Shown: piece after piece, positions 1 through 8,587 of the stretch
How positions within the stretch are numbered: the first letter of the stretch is position 1
Layout of the letters: each line of letters begins with the position of its first letter
NCBI GenBank assembly: GCA_038874655.1
Contig: JAVZBY010000001.1
Span: 202,971 to 266,970, forward strand
From: Candidatus Woesearchaeota archaeon
GTDB lineage: Archaea > Nanobdellota > Nanobdellia > Woesearchaeales > GW2011-AR15
Length of the DNA: 64,000 bases
Direction of reading: 5' to 3'
Program-made: the position numbers and the translations under genes
The notes under the pieces: generated by a model
What the model saw: only the letters and a program-made list of their open reading frames with translations
Databases searched by the model: none
What the model was told of the DNA's origin: nothing

Positions 1-1
1 T

Positions 2-766
2 TCAGATGATATTGACATATTAACATATTTTAGATCTCTGAAAGAAGTTGCATTATATAATGTTGCATTACCAACTGCAAATTTACTTAGGTATATTCCT
101 AGAGCATTTTCTGTTTCTATATTGCCTATTTCAGCTCATTTATATATAAATAATAAAAAACAACTTTCTGCAACAATCACACAAACATATAGATATTTAT
201 TTCTTTTAATGGTTCCATTAGCAATGATCTTTTTTTCTTTTTCAAAAGAAATAATAAATATTTTATTTGGATCTGATTTTATTGAAGCTTCAACAGCATT
301 ATCTATTCTAGCTGTTTCAATGATTTTTAATACCATTTATTTAGTAAATCAAAATATAATTATAAGTATAAATAAACCAGGATCTTATGTAAAATTTTTA
401 TTTTTAGAAGCATTAATTAGCACAATTTTAGATTTATTATTAATACCAAAATTTGGTATAATCGGTGCAGCAACAACAGCAGTTATAGCATCATTATCAT
501 TATTATTATATTCTTCAATTATAATAAAGAAACAAATTTTAAATTACATACCTTATAAGGCATGGTTAAAAACTTTTTTAGCAGGTTTTTTAACCTTAGG
601 TTTAATTTATATCATGAAAGTAAATATTAATATGTCTTTTTATTTTGAGGCAATAATAATTTCTTTTTCAGCAGTTGTTTTTTATTTAATTATTATATTT
701 ATTTTTAAATTGGTTACTTTTGATGAAATAAAAAATATTTTTTTAAAGATATTACCTAATAAATGA
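2..766 (+). CDS. Polysaccharide flippase (Wzx/MOP superfamily), 5'-truncated by window edge
   Basis: Frame open from position 2 (DILTYFRSLKEVALYNVALPTA); many TM helices; LLLIPKFGIIGAA motif typical of flippase C-terminus. Confidence 0.85.
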   Translation, partial: SDDIDILTYFRSLKEVALYNVALPTANLLRYIPRAFSVSILPISAHLYINNKKQLSATITQTYRYLFLLMVPLAMIFFSFSKEIINILFGSDFIEASTALSILAVSMIFNTIYLVNQNIIISINKPGSYVKFLFLEALISTILDLLLIPKFGIIGAATTAVIASLSLLLYSSIIIKKQILNYIPYKAWLKTFLAGFLTLGLIYIMKVNINMSFYFEAIIISFSAVVFYLIIIFIFKLVTFDEIKNIFLKILPNK

Positions 767-793
767 TTTTATTTTTTTTTATTTTTATTAAAC

Positions 794-1915
794 TTATTTT
801 TTAATTTTCTTTAGTAAATTATAATTTTTATTGTTTTTTAAAAAGTCAATGAAATTTTTTGTTAAAATTAAATAATTAATTAATTGTGCTTTTTTTACTA
901 TATTTTTTGAAAACGTTTTTCTTGTGTTGTAATCAATAAGTTTTTTGATTGCTTCTGCTAACCATACAGAATCGTTTTTTTCTAAAATATATATATCCTT
1001 ATTATGTTTAAAATATTCGTTTATTCCTTTTATATTAGAAGAGATTATAGGCAAACCAAAGCTTGCTGCTTCAAGTAATGCATTAGGAAATCCTTCTATA
1101 AAGCTTGGAAAAATAAAAATATCACTTTCTTTATAAATTGTTTCCATTTTATAATAGGGGATTTCACCTTTTTCAATTATTAATTCTTTTAAATGCTCAG
1201 GAACATTTACTTTTATTTTGCCAACCACAATAAGTTTTATATCTAAATCTTTGGTTTTATCTAATGCTTCTAATATTATTTTTGAGCCTTTGCTTTCTTG
1301 AGTTAAGCCACCCACAGTAAGTATTTTTATATTCTTTTTTGATATTTTTTTGTTTTTAATTTTTATATTTAATGTTCCAGAACAGGGAATAAAATATCTT
1401 TTAGATTTGAAGGAATAACTTTTTTCAAATTCTCTTTTTAATTCCTCAGAAGGAAACATATGATATTTTGCTTTTAGAACACATTTTTTTTCTAAATACT
1501 CTTGAAATAACAAATCAAAAAATAATATTATTTTGCTAATTAATGAAAGTTTTAATGTTTTTTTGTAATTTCTAATTAAGGGGATTGGACTTCCAGAAGC
1601 TCTCCAAATATAATCTTTTAAAAATATTCCAGAAAGACCCATAGCTAAAACATAGTCATATTTATTTTTTTTAAGATGGTGTTTTGCTAAAAAAGATAAG
1701 TGAATATATTTTATTGGTTTATTAAATAACTTAGGGAAAAAAATTTTTTTTCTTATGATTTTAACATTTTCAATATTAATTGGCTTATTTGTTTTTCCAG
1801 TTAAGATTGTTATTTCATGTCCTAATTTAGTTAATCTTGTGGAAAGTTCAATAACAAATCTTTCCATTCCTCCAAGATTTAAGTCCAATGTTGGAATTAT
1901 AATTAAAAATTTCAT
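794..1915 (-). CDS. Glycosyltransferase family 4
   Basis: GGMER N-terminal loop; DIFIFPSFIEGFPNALLEAASFGLPII (EX7E). Confidence 0.9.
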   Translation of the reverse strand: MKFLIIIPTLDLNLGGMERFVIELSTRLTKLGHEITILTGKTNKPINIENVKIIRKKIFFPKLFNKPIKYIHLSFLAKHHLKKNKYDYVLAMGLSGIFLKDYIWRASGSPIPLIRNYKKTLKLSLISKIILFFDLLFQEYLEKKCVLKAKYHMFPSEELKREFEKSYSFKSKRYFIPCSGTLNIKIKNKKISKKNIKILTVGGLTQESKGSKIILEALDKTKDLDIKLIVVGKIKVNVPEHLKELIIEKGEIPYYKMETIYKESDIFIFPSFIEGFPNALLEAASFGLPIISSNIKGINEYFKHNKDIYILEKNDSVWLAEAIKKLIDYNTRKTFSKNIVKKAQLINYLILTKNFIDFLKNNKNYNLLKKIKK

Positions 1916-1946
1916 TTTATCTTTATTATTATTTATTTTAATTAAA

Positions 1947-3173
1947 TCATTTTAATATTGTTTTGTATGCATTTATATAATTGTTTGCGATAATTTCATT
2001 TGAAAATTTTTCGTCAACTGTTTTTTTTGCATTTATTGAGAATTTTTTATATAAATTTTTGTCCTTAAGTAATTTGTTTATATTTTCTGCTATTATTTTT
2101 GGTTCTCTTGATTCAACAAGAAGACCATTATATTTGTTAATTACAATGTCTTTAATTCCAGCAATAGGATAGGCAACAACAGGTTTTCCAAACGACATTG
2201 CTTCAATTAATGTTCTACCAAATGGTTCATAATAAGTTGGGAAATGTGCAAATATATCACATGCTTTATAATATGTTCCAAGATTTTCATAATTAATTTT
2301 TCCTAAAAATACAATTTTATTTTTAACTTTTTCAGCAATTTTTTTTAATTCATTTTCATAGTCGCCCCAACCAGCTATTAAAAGTGTTGCTTTAATATAT
2401 TCCATAGCTCTTATTATATATTGAATTCCTTTATTTTCAGTTAATCTTCCAGCACAAAAAATAATTTTGCCTTTATGGTTTTTTTTTATTTTTTCTAGTT
2501 CTTTTTTATCAACATTAAGTTTTTTTCCTAGCAAATTATTAACTAAAATAATTCTTTTTTCATCAATACCCATATTTATTAGGAGTGGTTTCATGGCATT
2601 GCTAATTATTAAAAATCTATCCACATATCTGTATGACAATCTTAACATATTCATATAATATAAACTATAAATATAATAAAACACCCCGTTTAATTTCCAT
2701 TTATGTATCGAGCATAAAAATCTTTTTGATGCTTTGCAATTTAAGCATGTATTGTTTTTATAGTCAATTGCATTTTGTGTGAAGCAGCCAAAGTTTGGAC
2801 CATTTACTGTTGCAAAGATAGGTTTTTTGAATTTTTTTTTATAGTATATTGAAGATAAGGGTATAGATTCAAAATTTAGTAAATGTATAATGTCAGGATT
2901 TGTTTCTTGTATTATTTTAGAACTTAATTTTGCCATTTGTATATACATATAATCTAGATTAGAAATTTTAGATAAAATCTTTAATGTGGATATTTTTATT
3001 CTATAAATGGTTATTCCATCAATGATTTCTTTTATTGTTTCTTGTTCATGGAAAGTACAAACAATTATTTCATGACCTTTTTCTTTTAGTGTTTTTGCAA
3101 GATAGAATGCACTAATTTGGCCTCCTCCTTTTATATCAGGATAGAATCTTCTTGAAATGAATAATATTTTCAT
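1947..3173 (-). CDS. Glycosyltransferase family 4
   Basis: FYPDIKGGG; GRLTENKG; EPFGRTLIEAMSFGKPVV. Confidence 0.9.
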   Translation of the reverse strand: MKILFISRRFYPDIKGGGQISAFYLAKTLKEKGHEIIVCTFHEQETIKEIIDGITIYRIKISTLKILSKISNLDYMYIQMAKLSSKIIQETNPDIIHLLNFESIPLSSIYYKKKFKKPIFATVNGPNFGCFTQNAIDYKNNTCLNCKASKRFLCSIHKWKLNGVFYYIYSLYYMNMLRLSYRYVDRFLIISNAMKPLLINMGIDEKRIILVNNLLGKKLNVDKKELEKIKKNHKGKIIFCAGRLTENKGIQYIIRAMEYIKATLLIAGWGDYENELKKIAEKVKNKIVFLGKINYENLGTYYKACDIFAHFPTYYEPFGRTLIEAMSFGKPVVAYPIAGIKDIVINKYNGLLVESREPKIIAENINKLLKDKNLYKKFSINAKKTVDEKFSNEIIANNYINAYKTILK

Positions 3174-3205
3174 GTTAACTTAAAAATAATAATAAGATAT
3201 AAATA

Positions 3206-4222
3206 TTATCTGTTTTCTATAATTTTTTTAAATTTTTCACCTAGTATTTTTGTTGTAGAGTATCCTTCTAGTAATTTTACAAGATATATTTTTCCACCAT
3301 ACTTTTTTACTGTTGGAGCCTCAATACAATTTTCACCATACTCAGAACCATTTACATGTATATCTGGTTTTATTATTTCAAGCATTTTTATTGGGGTAGT
3401 TTCATTAAATATTGTCACATAATCTACTTCATCAAAATTTGCAATCATTTTAGCTCTTTGATAGTCATTATTTATTGGCCTGTTAGGACCTTTATTTTTT
3501 TTAACAGAGTTGTCAGAATTAATGCCAACAATAAGAATATCGCCTTGCTCTTTTGCTTCTTTAATTATTTTTTCATGACCTTTATGTAGTATGTCAAATG
3601 TGCCATTGAGAGTCACAATTATTTTTTTTTCTTTTCTTAATTTTTTAATTAAATTAGAAAGTTCTTCTCTTTTTACAATTTTTTCATATTTATCAAAGAG
3701 TATGTAATCTATAGCTTGTTTGAAATTAGCTGCAACATAATCTGGAAATAATTCTTTTGCTTTTTCTAAGTTTTTAACACCTTGACCAGTTAAAAGATAA
3801 ATAGATTTACAATTATTATTTTTTGCTAATATTACATCAATATAATGATCTCCGATGACAAAAGAATTAGAAAGGTTTAAATTATATTCTTTTTCAGCTA
3901 TTTTTAATGCATCTGTATAAGGTTTTCTGCAACTACATTTTGTTTCTGGTTTATGTGGGCAAAAAAATATTTTTTCTATACTAATATCTTCTTTTTTAAG
4001 TTCTTGAAGCAATTTTTCATTAAAATTATGCATATCTTTTTCTGTAAAAAAGCCTCTTTCAATTCCGGATTGGTTAGTTATTATAAAAAGTTTATAGTTT
4101 TTTACTCTTTTTAGATTTTCAATAACATCAGGATATATTTTTAAGTCTTCTATTTTATAAGTATAACCTTTATCTTCATTTAAAGTACCATCTCTATCAA
4201 GAAAAATAGCTCTATTTTTCAT
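3206..4222 (-). CDS. Fusion of GmhB-type heptose-1,7-bisphosphate phosphatase (HAD IIIA) and RfaE domain II heptose-1-phosphate nucleotidyltransferase
   Basis: N-term FLDRDGTLN, TNQSGI, CPH...CSCRKP, GD; C-term NGTFDILHKGH, GINSDNSV, GPNRPIN, GYSTT. Confidence 0.88.
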   Translation of the reverse strand: MKNRAIFLDRDGTLNEDKGYTYKIEDLKIYPDVIENLKRVKNYKLFIITNQSGIERGFFTEKDMHNFNEKLLQELKKEDISIEKIFFCPHKPETKCSCRKPYTDALKIAEKEYNLNLSNSFVIGDHYIDVILAKNNNCKSIYLLTGQGVKNLEKAKELFPDYVAANFKQAIDYILFDKYEKIVKREELSNLIKKLRKEKKIIVTLNGTFDILHKGHEKIIKEAKEQGDILIVGINSDNSVKKNKGPNRPINNDYQRAKMIANFDEVDYVTIFNETTPIKMLEIIKPDIHVNGSEYGENCIEAPTVKKYGGKIYLVKLLEGYSTTKILGEKFKKIIENR

Positions 4223-4224
4223 TT

Positions 4225-5205
4225 TTATTGTCGATTTTCAATAATTTTTTGTAATTCTTCTAATAATACAGGGCTTGTGCCAAATTTGCCTACTTTTATA
4301 CCTGCAGCATAATTTGCAAGTATTACAGATTCTTTTAAAGAAGCCCCAGAGCATAAAGATAAAGCTAAAGTAGCAATTACAGTGTCACCTGCACCAGAAA
4401 CATCATAAACCTCTTTTGCCATTGTTGGAATATAGAAGTCATTGTTATTTTTTTCAAATAAATGCATGCCATTTTCACCTAAGGTTATTACAACATTACA
4501 TTTTAAGTCATTAACAAGTTTTTTACCTGCTTTTTTTATTTTTTTTTGATTATCTATTTTAAAATTAACCATTTCTTCAGATTCTTTTTTATTAGGTGTT
4601 ATTAAAGTACATCCTTTATAAAATGATTTATGTTTTGGTTTAGGATCAACAAGAATAGGAATTTTTTTATTTGTTGCATATGTTATTAGTTCTTTTGTTA
4701 ATTCTTTTGTTATTGTACCTTTAGCATAATCTGATATAATTATTGCATCAAAATTATTTATTTCTTTTATTTTTTCTATTATCTTTTTATGAAATTTTTT
4801 TTCTATATAGTTGTCATCTTCATAATCTATTCTAATTAATTGTTGATTTTGAGAAACAACCCTAATTTTTTGTATTGTTTTTTTTTTAGAGTCTATAAAT
4901 AGATTAGAATTAATTTTTTTTAATTTTAATAATTCTAGCAATATATCTTTTTCTTTATCATCACCTACAACACCAAATAAGAAAGCATTACCACTTAAAC
5001 TTGCTATATTGTTTGCTGTATTAGCAGCACCTCCTAAAGAATATTTTTCTTTTTCGATTTTTATAATAGGTACAGGGGCTTCAGGAGAAATGCGTTCAAC
5101 TTTTCCAAATATATATTTATCAAGCATTATATCTCCTATAATAAGGATATTTTTTTCATTGAATCTATTTAAATATAAATTAAGAGCATCCATTTTTTTA
5201 TTCAT
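4225..5205 (-). CDS. hldA: D-glycero-beta-D-manno-heptose-7-phosphate kinase (RfaE domain I, PfkB family)
   Basis: GDIMLDKY, RISPEAPVP, LGGAANTA, SDYAKG, TPNKKE, DVSGAGDTV. Confidence 0.92.
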   Translation of the reverse strand: MNKKMDALNLYLNRFNEKNILIIGDIMLDKYIFGKVERISPEAPVPIIKIEKEKYSLGGAANTANNIASLSGNAFLFGVVGDDKEKDILLELLKLKKINSNLFIDSKKKTIQKIRVVSQNQQLIRIDYEDDNYIEKKFHKKIIEKIKEINNFDAIIISDYAKGTITKELTKELITYATNKKIPILVDPKPKHKSFYKGCTLITPNKKESEEMVNFKIDNQKKIKKAGKKLVNDLKCNVVITLGENGMHLFEKNNNDFYIPTMAKEVYDVSGAGDTVIATLALSLCSGASLKESVILANYAAGIKVGKFGTSPVLLEELQKIIENRQ

Positions 5206-5209
5206 ACTT

Positions 5210-6097
5210 TTAAATCATTTTGACATATTCTTTTATAGCATCTATTAGTTTGTATTTAGCTTGAAATCTAAGAAATTTTTTTGCTCTTTTAGTATCTGCT
5301 TGTGTATTTGCTTGATAAGTTTTTTTTTCATATGGCAGATCTATATAAATGGGTTTTAGATCTGTTCCTAAAGCTGAATTTATTAATGAAACTAGCTCAT
5401 TAAAACTAGTGCTTATGCCTGTCCCAACATTATATATGCCAGATTTTGCTTCTAGTGCTTTTATGTTGGCTAAAACACAATCTTTTACATAAATATGATC
5501 TCTTTTTTGTTCTCCCCATTTAAATATTTTAGGATTTTCTCCTCTTTTCATCATTTTTGTTAGATGATAAATCATAGATGCAGCTCTACCTTTGTATTCT
5601 TCACCAGGACCAAATACATTAAAATATCTTAATCCAATAATGTGCATATCAGAAAAATGATGACTTGCCATTTCGTCCATTATTAATTTTGATTTTGCAT
5701 AAGCACTTAATATTTCTTTAGGTTGATCTTCTTCTTGAGGTGCTTTTGTATTCCCATAAAGACTAGCAGATGAGGCATAAATAAGTTTTGATCTATCTTT
5801 TTTTGCTTTTTTTAAAACCCATTCAAAACCATCTAAATTTTGTTTTAATAACTCTTCATCATTAGGATATCTAGGATCTGTTATAGCAGCTAAATGAAAG
5901 ATTACATCAAATTTTTCTTTTAGATCTGGTTTTTTAGATATATCATATTCTATTATTTTTCCTTTAAAATTTTTAATATTGTTTTTATGTCCTGTAGAAA
6001 AATTATCAATTATTACAACATAATTTTTTTTTTCTTCAAGATATTTTGCTAGATTAGAGCCAATAAAGCCAGCGCCACCAGTAATGAGACATCTCAT
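5210..6097 (-). CDS. hldD: ADP-L-glycero-D-manno-heptose 6-epimerase-like NAD-dependent epimerase
   Basis: TGGAGFIGSNL, YASSASLYG, YAKSK, GLRYFNVFGPGEEYKGRAASMI; operon context with heptose kinase. Confidence 0.78.
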   Translation of the reverse strand: MRCLITGGAGFIGSNLAKYLEEKKNYVVIIDNFSTGHKNNIKNFKGKIIEYDISKKPDLKEKFDVIFHLAAITDPRYPNDEELLKQNLDGFEWVLKKAKKDRSKLIYASSASLYGNTKAPQEEDQPKEILSAYAKSKLIMDEMASHHFSDMHIIGLRYFNVFGPGEEYKGRAASMIYHLTKMMKRGENPKIFKWGEQKRDHIYVKDCVLANIKALEAKSGIYNVGTGISTSFNELVSLINSALGTDLKPIYIDLPYEKKTYQANTQADTKRAKKFLRFQAKYKLIDAIKEYVKMI

Positions 6098-6459
6098 TTT
6101 ATATCACTTATGTTTATTTTTGAAAGATCCACTTTTCCAGATAATTCTTCCCTATAGGAATCAGAGTCCTCATGATGTGTTGAAAATTCAATTATTTCAG
6201 AGTCCTCTAATCCAGTAAATCTATGTTTTTGCATTGGCCTTATAAGTTGAGAATCTCCAGGATTCATGATTATTTTTTTATTATCAATTTCTAATAAAAC
6301 TTTTCCTTTATTTATGTAAAAGGTTTCATCTTTTTTTTTATGATAATGCATACTACATCTGTATCCTTTTTTTAGTATTAATATTTTTCCACAATATTCT
6401 CTATTAACAATCCATCTTTCTTCTCCCCATTCTTTTTTAACGATATTTATATATGTCAT
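6094..6459 (-). CDS. Cupin-domain sugar isomerase-like protein
   Basis: KEWGEE, SMHYHKKKDETFY, HRF cupin metal motifs; ATG at 6459 preferred over GTG at 6468. Confidence 0.75.
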   Translation of the reverse strand: MTYINIVKKEWGEERWIVNREYCGKILILKKGYRCSMHYHKKKDETFYINKGKVLLEIDNKKIIMNPGDSQLIRPMQKHRFTGLEDSEIIEFSTHHEDSDSYREELSGKVDLSKINISDIK

Positions 6460-6471
6460 CTTTACCACAAT

Positions 6472-6489
6472 AGTATTACTAATTCATAC
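6472..6489. promoter_or_regulatory. Putative operator box 1 (AGTATTACTAATTCATAC)
   Basis: 15/18 identical to box 2; GTAT...ATAC dyad; lies between TATA-like TTTATAAA (6504-6511) and the heptose operon start. Confidence 0.6.
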
Positions 6490-6503
6490 CAAAATAAAAG
6501 CTA

Positions 6504-6511
6504 TTTATAAA
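6504..6511 (-). promoter_or_regulatory. TATA box candidate for the heptose operon
   Basis: TTTATAAA preceded on the minus strand by an A-run (BRE-like), about 45-50 nt upstream of ATG 6459. Confidence 0.45.
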
Positions 6512-6597
6512 TTTTTTGTTTATGGATTTATTTTTTTTACTCTGTTTAATTTTTTTATTATTTTTAATTATATTTTTTAAATTTTAATAAAATTAAT

Positions 6598-6620
6598 AAA
6601 GTATAACATATTCATACTTT
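6598..6620. promoter_or_regulatory. Putative operator box 2 (AAAGTAT-AACATATTC-ATACTTT)
   Basis: Perfect 7-bp inverted arms with 9-nt spacer, ending just before the ATG of the RHH gene. Confidence 0.6.
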
Positions 6621-6624
6621 TAAT

Positions 6625-7377
6625 ATGAGAAAATCTAAAATAGCTATTTCATTAGATAAGCCTCTTTTAGATATAATTGACAGTAAAGTAGATGGTTCTA
6701 TAATAAGGTCTAGAAGCCAAGCAATTGAATATTATTTAAAAAAAGGATTAGGAAATGATTTTATTGATATTGGAATTATTTTTTTAAAAGGTGAGCATCA
6801 AAAATACTCATTAATGAATTTACAAGGTAAACCTTTGATTTTTCATCAAATTTATTTATTAGAAACTGTTGGAATTAATTTTATTTATCTATTAACCCAA
6901 AATTCTATATATACAAATCAATTAGAAAAATTACTTGCTAAAACAAATGTTAAAATTGTTTTTACAAAAGCAAAAGGGACAGCCGAAGCATTAAATTCAA
7001 TTAGGAATATTTTACACAACAGAGAATTTATTGCTATGAGTGGCGATATATATAATATGTTTGATATTAAAAAAATGGTATTAAAACATAAATCTTATGG
7101 AAAAATAGTTACAATGGGCTTAATATCCAAAAGTGAAATGAGTAAAAGTGGTGCAGTTATTTTAGATGGGGATATTATAATTGATTTTGAAGAGAAGCCA
7201 AAAACTCCAAAATCTAATATAGCTAATGCAGGAATTTATATAATGTCTTCAAGAATTTTTGAATATTTGAATAGAGAAACAATTTCATTAGAAAGAGATG
7301 TTTTTCCAAAATTGGCGAAAAAAGAAGAATTAGTTGGTTTTTTTACTCATGGTGAGTATAAACATATGGAGCAGTGA
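6625..7377 (+). CDS. Ribbon-helix-helix DNA-binding domain fused to a degenerate sugar-phosphate nucleotidyltransferase domain
   Basis: N-term KIAISLDKPLLDIIDSKV...SRSQAIEYYL (CopG/NikR-type RHH); C-term GKPLI, GTAEAL, SGD, FEEKP, NAGIY, SLERDVFPKL; GGxGTR loop absent. Confidence 0.8.
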   Translation: MRKSKIAISLDKPLLDIIDSKVDGSIIRSRSQAIEYYLKKGLGNDFIDIGIIFLKGEHQKYSLMNLQGKPLIFHQIYLLETVGINFIYLLTQNSIYTNQLEKLLAKTNVKIVFTKAKGTAEALNSIRNILHNREFIAMSGDIYNMFDIKKMVLKHKSYGKIVTMGLISKSEMSKSGAVILDGDIIIDFEEKPKTPKSNIANAGIYIMSSRIFEYLNRETISLERDVFPKLAKKEELVGFFTHGEYKHMEQ

Positions 7378-7395
7378 AAAGTTAAAAGGTAAAAA

Positions 7396-8532
7396 ATGGT
7401 AAAGAAAATATTAGAAAAAAAAGAAAAAAACCAAGGAAAAAAAAGAATCTTAGTTTTAAATTTGGTTCCCAATACAGTAGGAGATTCAATTATAATGTTG
7501 CCTATGTTTAAAATTATAAAAAAAAATTTTCCTGATTCTTATTTAGTTGCAACAGGAGATAAAATCACAAAAGAATTATGGCAAAATAATAAAGAGATTG
7601 ATGAAATTATTGTTGTGGATGAATTAGAATATATTGGAAAAAGAGGTTTATTTAAGATTATTAAAGGATATTATTATTTTAAGATGTTTTTTAAATTAAT
7701 TAGAGAGTTTAGATCAAGAAAATTTAATATTTGTTTTATTGCATATCCTAATTTTTTTTTAATGCATCTTATTCCTTTTTTTTCAGGCATAAAAGAAAGA
7801 ATTGGTTTTACATATAAAGGTTCTATTTTTAGTTTTTTATTAACTAAAAAAACACCAAGTAAAATTTTATTTGACGGATATTATGACAGACATATTGTTG
7901 AGTCTTTTTTGGATTTGCTTAGAGTTTATGGATTAACTTTTACTAGCAAAGATAAAATTGTAAAAAGAGAAGTAAAAAAAGAAGACATTATTCTTGTTAA
8001 AGAAAAATTAAGAAAAATGAAAATTCATATTGAAAATAAAATAATAATCTCTTTACACACTTTATCAAAATTAGAAGTAAAAAATTGGCCAGCAATTTAT
8101 TTTAAAGATTTAATTAAACTTTTGGTTATAGAATATAATCCTTTAATTTTTTTATTGGGATCTAGTAAAGAATTTTCTTATAACGAAGAGATAAGAAAAG
8201 TTGCAGAAAACAATGTTTATAATTTATGTGGTATTTTTAGTTTAAATGAAGTAGGAGCAATTTTAAAATTAAGTGATTTATTTATTGGAAATGATTCTGG
8301 ATTAGGGCATTATGCATCAGCAGTTGGTACAAAAACAATATCTATCTTTGGAGCAACAAATCCTAAACAAGCAAAACCAATTGGTCATGGTAAGACAGAA
8401 ATAATATTTAAGAATATTGAGGATAATACTTATGCACATCTTAAAAAGAATGATGCATTATCAGCAATAGAAGCAATGAAAAAAATTAAACCTGAAGAGG
8501 TTTTTGAAGTAGTAAAAAATATTCTAAAATAA
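7396..8532 (+). CDS. Glycosyltransferase family 9 (heptosyltransferase-like)
   Basis: VGDSII, RIGF, KNWP, FIGNDSGLGHYASAVG, IFGAT motifs. Confidence 0.88.
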   Translation: MVKKILEKKEKNQGKKRILVLNLVPNTVGDSIIMLPMFKIIKKNFPDSYLVATGDKITKELWQNNKEIDEIIVVDELEYIGKRGLFKIIKGYYYFKMFFKLIREFRSRKFNICFIAYPNFFLMHLIPFFSGIKERIGFTYKGSIFSFLLTKKTPSKILFDGYYDRHIVESFLDLLRVYGLTFTSKDKIVKREVKKEDIILVKEKLRKMKIHIENKIIISLHTLSKLEVKNWPAIYFKDLIKLLVIEYNPLIFLLGSSKEFSYNEEIRKVAENNVYNLCGIFSLNEVGAILKLSDLFIGNDSGLGHYASAVGTKTISIFGATNPKQAKPIGHGKTEIIFKNIEDNTYAHLKKNDALSAIEAMKKIKPEEVFEVVKNILK

Positions 8533-8587
8533 AATATAAAACTTATAAAATCTAAAAAATTTTATAATTTAAACAGGTTTTTAAAAA

